NCBI GenBank assembly: GCA_040222015.1
Contig: JAVJWO010000115.1
Location: 1-16,885 of the forward strand
Reading direction: 5' to 3'
DNA from: Coleofasciculus chthonoplastes F2-STO-03
GTDB taxonomy: Bacteria; Cyanobacteriota; Cyanobacteriia; Cyanobacteriales; Coleofasciculaceae
Length of the DNA stretch: 16,885 nucleotides
The position numbers were made by a program, and so were the translations under genes. Each line of letters opens with the position of its first letter. The stretch's first letter is position 1. The notes beneath the pieces were generated by a model. The model saw only the letters and a list, made by a program, of their open reading frames with translations, did no database searches and was not told where the DNA came from. Positions 6,401-14,251 of the stretch are shown here, piece after piece.

Positions 6401-8296
6401 TTAGATATAAGCACCGCCGCTACCTGTTGATGCTTCTGCCTTTTCCAAGACCCACCACTCTTGAGCATTTTCCACGGTTGTAAAATAGCCAGGGTATTTG
6501 GTGTCCCGCGTCAATCGTTGATTTGTCCAGTGGAGGTTGGTCAGATAGACCTTATCCCCATAGCGAATCTTGGCATCACCACCATCGACTTTAGTAATCT
6601 GCCATCCTTGCATTTGCTGATTGTAGAGGGACCAATAGTAGCAGTTGTGCCGATCGCGAAACGCTCCCAAGATGTTGCCTTGAGTCAATCCCGTCTCAGT
6701 CGATAGGATTTGCGCGATCGCGTTATGGGTTAGTTCTCCATTGCCATTTCCCAGTTTCAGCTTCACCCGACTACTGGCGTCCAGCCGGGGGAAGTAATAA
6801 TGAGAGTGATCGGCGCTGATTAGGTATCGACCATCTTGGCTTTTCAGGTAGAACTCTTCGCCAAATTTGATAACGTCTTTCTTCGGTTCATGCTTCTGCA
6901 CAAACTTAACCAAGTCCGCCATAGTGAAGTTATTTCCCTCACCTAAATAAGGCTTCCAGGGTTTGGGCGCATTCACATAAGAATCAGGATCTTCCTTAAG
7001 AATCCGTAGCAATGTCATCGCTACAATCCGCCCCCCTACTGCTCCCAGTTTGCCACCATGAGCTTCCGCTTCCGCCAAACAGTAGAACCACAGGGGCGTT
7101 TCTGTGAGTCCGGCGGCTTGTACCTTCGGGTGCAGGGGAATCGGATTTACCCCAAACGCCTTAGCGACTTCTTCACCACTCGGTAGACTATAGGATACCG
7201 CCCCTCGTAACAGATTCCGAAATGCTAGAGAATTCTCACCCCGGTCTTTTGCCGCTTTTGGCACAAAGGGCAGATCATAGAATTCGTGCGCCATCCAGGT
7301 ATCAATCTTCCGCGCATTCTGGGGTTCAATCGAGCTATCAACCTCAAAGAAGAAACGCCAATCCACTATATTTTCAGGAGCGACTGCATTAAACACCGAT
7401 AAGGAATTACCGGGTTTATCTTTGAAGTTCTCGAACAGGTCTACATTTAAACGATTGGCATTAATGTGGTAGTGGGAGCGAGTCAACGTGTGACCAAATC
7501 GATAGGCGGCGCCAGCAAATTCTACAGGAATGGTTGGTGCATCACACCAGATTGGATCAGACTTGTAATTGTCACTGTCTAAAACATCCTGTGCAGCTTG
7601 ATCTAGAACCTCTTTGACAATGATCCGGGGCAAGAAATCGTGGCGAATAATCCACTGATAATGCCGTTGCACCGCCCGTTTAGCTTTCTCGAATTCCACA
7701 TCTTTATGCTGGACGGGTTCAAAAATTTCGATGTCTTCATTTTCAATTCCCTCCAACACCGCGTTGTGGAATTTCATGAACAGCAACTGCAACTGAGAGA
7801 TGATGCCGTTTTCATCATTGCGGGATTCAGGGATTAATGCTCGTCCTTCACGGTTACGCGGCAGATCATTATCGGGATTGTTTTCACTGCCAATCAGAAA
7901 GAAGTCTTTGTGTTTACGCTGATACAAAAAGGGAATGGCTTCGGGTCCATCTCCGTAGACAGAATCCAAGTCAAATATCGGGGTGCGGATATTCGGGATT
8001 GACTCGACATCACCAAAGACTTTGTTGAGACCCGATGTGGTATCAAAGGTGATGTCATGGTCGATGAATTGTCCCAAGAAGACGTAGCCATCAGGAATAT
8101 CACTATCCCCTGAGGGATCTTCATTGTCTCCTTCGTCCATGCTATTCGCCAGTTTTAGTAAGGCGTCTTCGACAGCTTTACGTTCGACAACTTTGCCTTT
8201 CGGTAATAGTCTGCCAAAAAATCCTTGATGTGTACCTTTTTGGGCTGAAGCCTCAAGGAGTTGTTGAAACGGGCTCATCCCGTGATGTTGTGGCAT
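6401..8296 (-). CDS. Heme peroxidase of the peroxidase-cyclooxygenase (animal heme peroxidase) superfamily with C-terminal three-repeat beta domain
   Basis: GQFIDHDITFD (distal Gln/His), RTPIFDLDSVYG, RNDEN, FHN, HYQW, EFAGAAYRFGH (proximal His), RNLLRG..LPSG, TPLWFYCLAEAE and LGAVGGRIVA. An extra ~150-aa domain starts near aa 474. Confidence 0.92.
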   Translation of the reverse strand: MPQHHGMSPFQQLLEASAQKGTHQGFFGRLLPKGKVVERKAVEDALLKLANSMDEGDNEDPSGDSDIPDGYVFLGQFIDHDITFDTTSGLNKVFGDVESIPNIRTPIFDLDSVYGDGPEAIPFLYQRKHKDFFLIGSENNPDNDLPRNREGRALIPESRNDENGIISQLQLLFMKFHNAVLEGIENEDIEIFEPVQHKDVEFEKAKRAVQRHYQWIIRHDFLPRIIVKEVLDQAAQDVLDSDNYKSDPIWCDAPTIPVEFAGAAYRFGHTLTRSHYHINANRLNVDLFENFKDKPGNSLSVFNAVAPENIVDWRFFFEVDSSIEPQNARKIDTWMAHEFYDLPFVPKAAKDRGENSLAFRNLLRGAVSYSLPSGEEVAKAFGVNPIPLHPKVQAAGLTETPLWFYCLAEAEAHGGKLGAVGGRIVAMTLLRILKEDPDSYVNAPKPWKPYLGEGNNFTMADLVKFVQKHEPKKDVIKFGEEFYLKSQDGRYLISADHSHYYFPRLDASSRVKLKLGNGNGELTHNAIAQILSTETGLTQGNILGAFRDRHNCYYWSLYNQQMQGWQITKVDGGDAKIRYGDKVYLTNLHWTNQRLTRDTKYPGYFTTVENAQEWWVLEKAEASTGSGGAYI

Positions 8297-8716
8297 ATTT
8301 TTTTTGTGCTAGACGCTCAATTGTTTCGATGAGAAGAGAACTCAACCTCTTCAGAAACACTGTATTAATGCATTCTCCAGAAATACTGTGTAATAGAGAG
8401 AGTGCATTCTAAGCTGTTCAGCTTTTAAACCGTCTTTTCATAAAAACGATACCTATACAGGTCGCGCTAAAAATCGCGCTAGGCTGCACAGTGAGGTTAT
8501 TTTCGTTGTTTCGCTTGGGGAACTCCAGATTAAACCAGTCGAGTCAGAAACGTCTTACTTCGGGAGAATGTGTTTAACTCCAGTTGATGTTATATAGGCA
8601 TTGTTTCACACATCGATTCATGTAACACAACTACCAATTTTTTGTAATAAAAGTTAACGATTAAGGGGTTGAAAAAACCCATTAATTATAGATTAAGTTG
8701 TTCACAACTCATAAAT

Positions 8717-9289
8717 TCATAAGAGTTGGTCGAATTGGGAAAGGAGTAATTCTAAGGCTTTGCCACGATGACTGTAGCATTGCTTTAGTTCACGACTCAT
8801 TTGGGCAAAGGTTAACCCCTGTTCTGGCAGATAAAAAATCGGATCGTAGCCAAAGCCTTCTGTACCCAGGGGAGCCTTTAAAATTTCACCTCGACACACG
8901 CCTTCCACTTCTGTTGCGATTGTGCCATTAGGACGAGCGATCGCGATCGCACAAACAAACTGCGCCCCCCGATTCGATGTATCCCCCAATTCAGATAGCA
9001 ACCGCTCAATCCGTTCAGGATCGGTTTTCCCGTAGCGTGCGGAATAAATCCCCGGCGCTCCATTTAAAGCATCCACTTGTAAGCCAGAATCATCGGCAAT
9101 TGACCATTGTCCCGTGGCTTGGGCGACACCTAACGCCTTGAGACGAGCATTTGCCGCAAAGGTATCGCCTGTTTCCTCAATCTCGATTTCCGGTGGCTTA
9201 AGCTGCAATTCCCAGGGTAAATCCTCAAGATATGCCTCCATCTCCCGCAATTTACCGGGATTTCCAGTAGCAACAATTAATTTGGTCAT
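8717..9289 (-). CDS. rdgB: Non-canonical purine NTP pyrophosphatase (RdgB/HAM1 family)
   Basis: ATGNPGKLRE, EETGDTFAANARLKA, ADDSGLQVDALNGAPGIYSARY, GFGYDPIF and SHRGKAL. Confidence 0.97.
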   Translation of the reverse strand: MTKLIVATGNPGKLREMEAYLEDLPWELQLKPPEIEIEETGDTFAANARLKALGVAQATGQWSIADDSGLQVDALNGAPGIYSARYGKTDPERIERLLSELGDTSNRGAQFVCAIAIARPNGTIATEVEGVCRGEILKAPLGTEGFGYDPIFYLPEQGLTFAQMSRELKQCYSHRGKALELLLSQFDQLL

Positions 9290-9318
9290 TTGTCATTTGT
9301 CATTCGTCCTTTGTCATT
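9284..9318 (+). repeat. Heptamer short tandem repeat (TGTCATT-like, 5 units; STRR-type)
   Basis: GGTCATT TGTCATT TGTCATT CGTCCTT TGTCATT. The first unit overlaps the rdgB start codon. Confidence 0.85.
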
Positions 9319-9320
9319 TA

Positions 9321-9388
9321 GTCAGGGCGGGTTTAGTTACATCTGGGTGTAACCGAAAAGATAGTTGTGAAACCCGCCCCTACACAAT
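9321..9388 (-). repeat. GTAG-type REP-like palindromic element, copy 2 (inverted relative to copy 1)
   Basis: GTCAGGGCGGGTTT ... AAACCCGCCCCTAC; 59/68 identical to 1403-1470 in reverse orientation. Confidence 0.85.
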
Positions 9389-9390
9389 TT

Positions 9391-9444
9391 CCCCATCACC
9401 CCTATCACCCCCATCACCCCCATCTTCCCTATCTCCCTCTGCTT
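9391..9444 (+). repeat. Nonamer tandem repeat (CCCCATCAC-like, about 6 degenerate units)
   Basis: CCCCATCAC CCCTATCAC CCCCATCAC CCCCATCTT CCCTATCTC CCTCTGCTT. Confidence 0.8.
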
Positions 9445-9446
9445 CC

Positions 9447-10883
9447 TCATCCCTGATTTCTATTTGCCCAATCTTTTGCCCAATTGAGAGTTTGACGAAC
9501 TTGTTCTGGAGTCGAAGCTTCACAGTAAAGGCGTAAGACGGGTTCGGTACCACTGAAACGAATCAATAACCAGCTACCATCAGCTAACCGAAATTTATAC
9601 CCATCGATGGTTAAACAATCAACAACGGCTTGACCATTAATCTCAGTGGGGGGTTGGGTTTGCAGTTGGTTGAGTAGACGCGATCGCTCATCCATTCCCG
9701 CTAGATGTAAATCAATGCGGTCATAGACTGAGGTATAACCGACTTGCTCTTGTAAGCGTTTGTAAAGTTGGCTTAAATCCATCCCTGATTGGGCGATCGC
9801 TTCCAACAGATATAGGGCAGAGAGTAAGGCATCGCGTTCTGGGATATGTGTCCCATACCCAATTCCACCAGATTCTTCACCTCCGAGCAAGACTTGGGTA
9901 GAAACCATGCGATCGGCAATATATTTGTACCCAATGGGGGTTTCGTGGAGGGGCAATTGATAAAGCTGGGCAATTTGGGGAATTAAATCCGAACCACTAA
10001 TCGTTTTTACCACTTCCCCTGTCTCTTGCCGCCGGGATGCTAAATGTTCAATCAGAATCGGGATCAGAATTTGAGAACTGAGGAAATTGCCTTGTCCATC
10101 CACTGCTGCGATGCGATCGCTATCTCCGTCAAAGACCAATCCTACCCGTAATGTACCCTCAGTTTGCCGTCGGTGGGTGCGGATGTGGCGGAAGAGTTGA
10201 GATAGGTAACGGGGTAAAGGTTCCGGCGCACCACCACCAAATAAGGGATCACGGGAACTATTGAGTTCCTGAATCGGTACATTTAAAATTTTGCTCAAGC
10301 CTCCTGCTGCTGCACCGTGCATGACATCGGCAAAAACTGTCAATTTGCCTTGGGTAATCAGGTTTTGAATACTAGCCAAATTTACTTTTGAGCGCAGCGC
10401 CTCACAATAACTTGACCAAGGATCGAAGGATTGGATTTTACCTGGCGTTTGGGCTGAGACTGAGGGGTGAGCGAGTTGGGCTTCAATTTTTTGGGTAATT
10501 TCTGGCGGAACTGATCCCCCAAATGCCCCCTTCACTTTTAATCCCAGATAACTAGCTGGGTTATGGCTAGCGGTGAGAACCAAAGCCCCTAGAGCATTCT
10601 GGTGATTGGCTGCCCAGCTAAATGCCGGGGTGGGCGCGTAACTTTCAGAAAGCAACACATCAAATCCCAGGGATTGGACAACCTCCGCCGTCTTTTTGGC
10701 AAAGGTTTCCGCCATAAAGCGCCGATCATAACCCACCACCACAGTACGGCTACCGGTGGCTTTGCCATAACTATCAGCGAGGATTTTAGTGGCGGCTGTC
10801 GCGACTAACGCCACACGCTTCATAGTAAAATCGGCTGCGATCACACCTCGCCAGCCGTCTGTACCAAACTTAATTGCATCCAT
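9447..10883 (-). CDS. Phosphoglucomutase/phosphomannomutase family protein
   Basis: IKFGTDGWRG, TASHNP (phosphoserine), FDGDSDR (metal loop), GGEESGG (sugar loop) and RFSGTEPVLRLYCE. Confidence 0.96.
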   Translation of the reverse strand: MDAIKFGTDGWRGVIAADFTMKRVALVATAATKILADSYGKATGSRTVVVGYDRRFMAETFAKKTAEVVQSLGFDVLLSESYAPTPAFSWAANHQNALGALVLTASHNPASYLGLKVKGAFGGSVPPEITQKIEAQLAHPSVSAQTPGKIQSFDPWSSYCEALRSKVNLASIQNLITQGKLTVFADVMHGAAAGGLSKILNVPIQELNSSRDPLFGGGAPEPLPRYLSQLFRHIRTHRRQTEGTLRVGLVFDGDSDRIAAVDGQGNFLSSQILIPILIEHLASRRQETGEVVKTISGSDLIPQIAQLYQLPLHETPIGYKYIADRMVSTQVLLGGEESGGIGYGTHIPERDALLSALYLLEAIAQSGMDLSQLYKRLQEQVGYTSVYDRIDLHLAGMDERSRLLNQLQTQPPTEINGQAVVDCLTIDGYKFRLADGSWLLIRFSGTEPVLRLYCEASTPEQVRQTLNWAKDWANRNQG

Positions 10884-10921
10884 AGTCCCTGCTCAAGAAT
10901 AAGAAAATTTAATAAGATAAA

Positions 10922-10967
10922 GTGCTAAGACTGACGGCTGCATCTTAGCACCTGTTGCGCCAACAGG
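10922..10967 (-). terminator. Tandem hairpins downstream of the hypothetical gene; possible terminator or processing site
   Basis: GTGCTAAGA/TCTTAGCAC (10922-10951) and CCTGTTG/CAACAGG (10951-10967). On the minus strand they are followed by TTTATCTTATT. Confidence 0.5.
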
Positions 10968-10981
10968 ACAGTTGGCTCGCG

Positions 10982-11302
10982 TTAGGGTTGTTGAATGTCA
11001 GAGATTGCCGCTTCCGGGAAATTTGTCAGCAGCGATCGCAGCTTCATCCGCGCCACATAAGGCCAACCCCCTAATTCTTCAATATCTTTGAGCAGCGCAT
11101 ACAGCGTTTGTCGATTGTCGGGTAACGAGTCTTGAAATAGACTATCTCGGATCTCGCGGTGCGCCTCTTCCAGCGTCCGCAGCAGAGCCAGCAGTGTTAA
11201 TGTATCCCCTTTCTGCTTATCGGCTAACGCCCAAATCTCCGTCCTTAGAGCTTGTAATTTGACCTGTAGCTCCTGATCATCTAACTCATCACTACAATTC
11301 AT
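10982..11302 (-). CDS. Hypothetical helical protein, cyanobacterial type
   Basis: 106-aa ATG ORF with SD-like GGGGTAGG upstream, amphipathic helices and a conserved-looking LPDNRQ.LY.LL.DIE..GGWPY motif; contains a HIP1 site. Confidence 0.8.
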   Translation of the reverse strand: MNCSDELDDQELQVKLQALRTEIWALADKQKGDTLTLLALLRTLEEAHREIRDSLFQDSLPDNRQTLYALLKDIEELGGWPYVARMKLRSLLTNFPEAAISDIQQP

Positions 11303-11396
11303 CCTACCCCTGTCAATCTTAGTTGTTTCTTGCCACCCGCTTGATTGAAAGCGTAAAAGTGTCGCTTCCCGTGTACAATGAAGCGAGAAAAGCTAA

Positions 11397-11486
11397 GGTT
11401 CACGCCTTCGGCATCATGTAGGGAACCCGGCTTCAGTAAGCCACCGTTCGATCTACTAAGCGATCACCGATAACCAGCGTGTGACC
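11397..11486 (+). ncRNA. Candidate structured RNA (long nested hairpin) in the psbO leader
   Basis: Seven nested complementary blocks closing on GGCTT-CAGT-AAGCC, with a TACAAT -10-like box at 11374-11379. Confidence 0.4.
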
Positions 11487-11634
11487 AAAACTTCTATAAG
11501 TTTAGTCTACACGGTGACTTTCGTTGATAGGTTAAGGATAGTTGCGGTTTTTTTGTATAAACCACAACCTAATTCACTAACTAATCACCATAAAAAAATT
11601 TTCTTGTTTTAGAGATTGAGGATTGAGGTTGACC

Positions 11635-12462
11635 ATGAGGTATCGCGCATTGATTGTTGCCTTTTTGGCATTGTGTCTGGGGGTGTTAACGGCTTGTTCA
11701 GAAGCAACAGCGACTAGTCCTGATCAATTGACCTACGACCAGATTAGAAATACGGGCTTAGCGAATTTATGTCCCCAGCTCTCAGAAACAACTCGTGGTT
11801 CTATTCCCATTGAGTCTGATAAGTCCTATCGAATTGTCGAGCTGTGTTTACAGCCAACCAGCTTTTTTGTCAAGGAAGAACCGACAAATAAGCGTAGAGA
11901 GGCAGAATATATCCCAGGTAAGTTATTGACCCGGGCTACCTCTAGCCTGGATCAAGTTGAAGGGTCCTTAAATCCTGGAGAAAATGGCAGTCTTATCTTT
12001 ACTGAAGAGGATGGCATTGACTTTCAAGCTATTACAGTACAGCTACCTGGAGGCGAACAAGTTCCCTTCATGTTCACAATTAAAAGTTTGGTTGCTACAA
12101 GTCAGCCAAACATGACGAGCGTGAATACGTCTACTGACTTTGAAGGGGAATTTAAGGTTCCGTCTTATCGGGGTGCTGTGTTCCTCGATCCCAAAGGTCG
12201 TGGTGTAGCATCTGGCTATGATAACGCGATCGCGCTGCCTTCCAAAGCGGATGAAGAGGAATTTGTTCGCGCTAACGTTAAGCGCGTAGAGACCCGCTCC
12301 GGTGAAATGTCTCTACAGGTTTCTAAGGTTGATAGCTACACCGGAGAAATTGCTGGTACTTTTGAGAGCGAACAGACGGCTGATACTGACTTAGGTGCCG
12401 AAGAAGAACCTGAAGAAGTCTTGATCCGAGGGATCTTTTACGGTCGCGTTGAAGCTGAATAG
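11635..12462 (+). CDS. psbO: Photosystem II manganese-stabilizing protein PsbO
   Basis: MRYRALIVAFLALCL signal, LTYDQIRNTGLANLCP, EEDGIDFQAITVQLPGGEQVPFMFTIK, VPSYRGAVFLDPKGRG and GIFYGRV. ATG at 11635 is preferred over TTG at 11623. Confidence 0.98.
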   Translation: MRYRALIVAFLALCLGVLTACSEATATSPDQLTYDQIRNTGLANLCPQLSETTRGSIPIESDKSYRIVELCLQPTSFFVKEEPTNKRREAEYIPGKLLTRATSSLDQVEGSLNPGENGSLIFTEEDGIDFQAITVQLPGGEQVPFMFTIKSLVATSQPNMTSVNTSTDFEGEFKVPSYRGAVFLDPKGRGVASGYDNAIALPSKADEEEFVRANVKRVETRSGEMSLQVSKVDSYTGEIAGTFESEQTADTDLGAEEEPEEVLIRGIFYGRVEAE

Positions 12463-12507
12463 GCTTAGTGCTTCGGTACTAAACCGTCTTTGATCTAATT
12501 AATTAGT

Positions 12508-12534
12508 GGGCATGGCGATAGTCATGTCCCTTTT
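12508..12534 (+). terminator. Rho-independent terminator of psbO
   Basis: GGGCATGGC-GATA-GTCATGTCC stem (two G.U pairs) followed by CTTTT. Confidence 0.65.
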
Positions 12535-12630
12535 GACAAAAGCCGAGGAGATGGGGGAGATAGGCAAGATGAAATTTTAAGTTAACTCACAACTTTACCT
12601 TACTCTGTTACCTGACAAATATGAAGGAAG

Positions 12631-12658
12631 GTTAAGCAAATTTACAAATTTTAACCTT
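12631..12658 (+). promoter_or_regulatory. HLR1-like (RpaB) direct repeat upstream of acsF
   Basis: GTTAAGCA-AA-TTTACAAA-TT-TTAACCTT at 10-nt period. The middle unit fits (G/T)TTACA(T/A)(T/A); the flanking units are degenerate. Confidence 0.3.
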
Positions 12659-12796
12659 AACTGGATTTTGCACTCACCCAAGACCTTGGTAGACTCAATA
12701 TGCAGGTCTAAAAAATCGGCGCGGGTCGAGTCACCCCCCAATTGCCATATTCTCAAGTCCAAAATCGTAAGTAAGAGATAACGAGTACAACCAACT

Positions 12797-13873
12797 ATGG
12801 TAGATACCCTTAAAAAACCTAGCTTTGAAGAAATCAGACCTGGCGTTAAATCCCCGGCGAAGGAGACCATTCTGACGCCTCGGTTCTACACGACAGACTT
12901 TGAAGCCATGGCGCAGATGGACCTCTCGCCGAATGAGGATGAGCTATTGGCGATTCTAGAAGAGTTCCGTTCGGACTACAATCGCCACCACTTCGTCCGG
13001 GACGCTGAGTTTGAGCAGTCTTGGGAGCATATAGACGGTGAAACCCGCCGCTTGTTTGTTGAATTTCTGGAGCGTTCCTGTACAGCAGAATTCTCTGGAT
13101 TTTTACTTTATAAGGAACTGGGTCGTCGGATCAAAGATAAAAGTCCGGTGCTGGCAGAGTGTTTCACGCTCATGTCTCGTGATGAAGCACGTCATGCGGG
13201 TTTTCTGAACAAGGCGATGTCAGATTTCAATCTGGCGCTGGATTTGGGATTTTTGACCAAGAATAAGAAGTACACCTTCTTCCAGCCGAAGTTTATCTTC
13301 TACGCCACGTATTTGTCGGAGAAGATTGGCTACTGGCGGTATATCACCATTTATCGCCATTTTGAAGCCCATCCTGAAGACCGCATTTACCCCATCTTCC
13401 GGTTCTTTGAAAACTGGTGTCAGGACGAAAATCGTCATGGGGATTTCTTTGATGCGATCATGAAAGCCCAGCCGCAAATGTTAAATGATTGGCAGGCGAA
13501 GTTATGGTCTCGCTTCTTCTTGCTCTCAGTATTTGCGACAATGTATCTAAATGACATCCAACGGTCTGGTTTCTATCAGTCGATTGGTTTAGATGCCCGC
13601 GAGTATGATAAGCATGTGATTAAGAAGACCAATGAAACCGCTGCACGGGTATTTCCAGTGATTTTAGATGTGGAACATCCTAAGTTCTACGAACGTCTAG
13701 AAGTCTGTATTGGCAATAACGAAAAGTTAACGGAAATTGCTAACTCCAACAGTCCAAAGTTCGTGCAATTTTTCAAGAAGCTGCCCTACTATGTCTCTAA
13801 TGGCTGGCAGTTCCTGAGACTCTACCTGATGAAGCCCATGGAAGTTGCTTCTCAACAGGGCGTAGTTCGTTAA
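12797..13873 (+). CDS. acsF: Magnesium-protoporphyrin IX monomethyl ester oxidative cyclase (AcsF/CycI/Ycf59)
   Basis: [57 protein letters not shown] and CQDENRHGD (di-iron ExxH motifs). Confidence 0.98.
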   Translation: MVDTLKKPSFEEIRPGVKSPAKETILTPRFYTTDFEAMAQMDLSPNEDELLAILEEFRSDYNRHHFVRDAEFEQSWEHIDGETRRLFVEFLERSCTAEFSGFLLYKELGRRIKDKSPVLAECFTLMSRDEARHAGFLNKAMSDFNLALDLGFLTKNKKYTFFQPKFIFYATYLSEKIGYWRYITIYRHFEAHPEDRIYPIFRFFENWCQDENRHGDFFDAIMKAQPQMLNDWQAKLWSRFFLLSVFATMYLNDIQRSGFYQSIGLDAREYDKHVIKKTNETAARVFPVILDVEHPKFYERLEVCIGNNEKLTEIANSNSPKFVQFFKKLPYYVSNGWQFLRLYLMKPMEVASQQGVVR

Positions 13874-13955
13874 ATAACTCAGTTCCAGACAGCATGGTAT
13901 GATGGCGCGTCTGGAACGACCTCAAATTTGTCTCGGCTAAATTTAGTGACATCTT

Positions 13956-13994
13956 CCCTCGCTGACATCTTTATGATGGATAGCGAGGGTTTTT
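13956..13994 (+). terminator. Rho-independent terminator of acsF
   Basis: CCCTCGCT/AGCGAGGG stem with inner CATC/GATG, followed by TTTTT. A second hairpin GTTCCAGAC/GTCTGGAAC lies at 13882-13917. Confidence 0.7.
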
Positions 13995-14165
13995 CCTATA
14001 ATAGTGACAGATGTTATGATTAGTAATTTTTAATGACTGACTTTTCAGAATAGAATTGAAGTTTTTAAATTTTGAATTTTAATCTGCGAATAAACAAGAC
14101 TTAACGTTGAGTCAATACTATACTAGCTAACGACATCTTCTTCAGTTATTACAGCAGCCCTTGTT

Positions 14166-14194
14166 AACCCAGTGATACTATCACTGGGTTTTTT
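14166..14194 (+). terminator. Orphan plus-strand intrinsic terminator
   Basis: Perfect inverted repeat AACCCAGTGATA-C-TATCACTGGGTT running into a T6 tract on the plus strand only. Confidence 0.65.
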
Positions 14195-14251
14195 GCCAAG
14201 GAGAATTCCCCGGCTGTTTTGCCCACCAACTGCGATTAATAAACCAATGCT

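Noticed and set aside
6401..6430. C-terminal tail TGSGGAYI as an encapsulin targeting peptide
   Set aside because: Does not match the GSLxIGSL-type consensus, and no encapsulin gene is in the window.
8622..8658. NtcA-like boxes upstream of the heme peroxidase
   Set aside because: The spacing is GTA-N7-TAC and the second candidate is GTA-N8-TAA; neither fits GTA-N8-TAC.
6461..9063. ORFs 6461-6706, 7640-7837, 7837-8028, 7894-8124, 8230-8412, 8698-8931 and 8878-9063
   Set aside because: Shadow ORFs overlapping the heme peroxidase or rdgB.
9284..9444. Possible CRISPR array
   Set aside because: Repeats are 7-9-nt tandem units without unique spacers, and no cas genes are present.
9114..9536. 140-aa plus-strand ORF with SPxSP repeats
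   Set aside because: Antisense to rdgB and the PGM/PMM gene; its low complexity simply translates the 7-mer, REP and 9-mer repeats.
12595..13477. Minus-strand ORFs 12595-12870 and 13220-13477 (likewise 9773-9973, 10602-10808 and 16074-16292 elsewhere)
   Set aside because: Antisense or off-frame to conserved genes, with no motifs.
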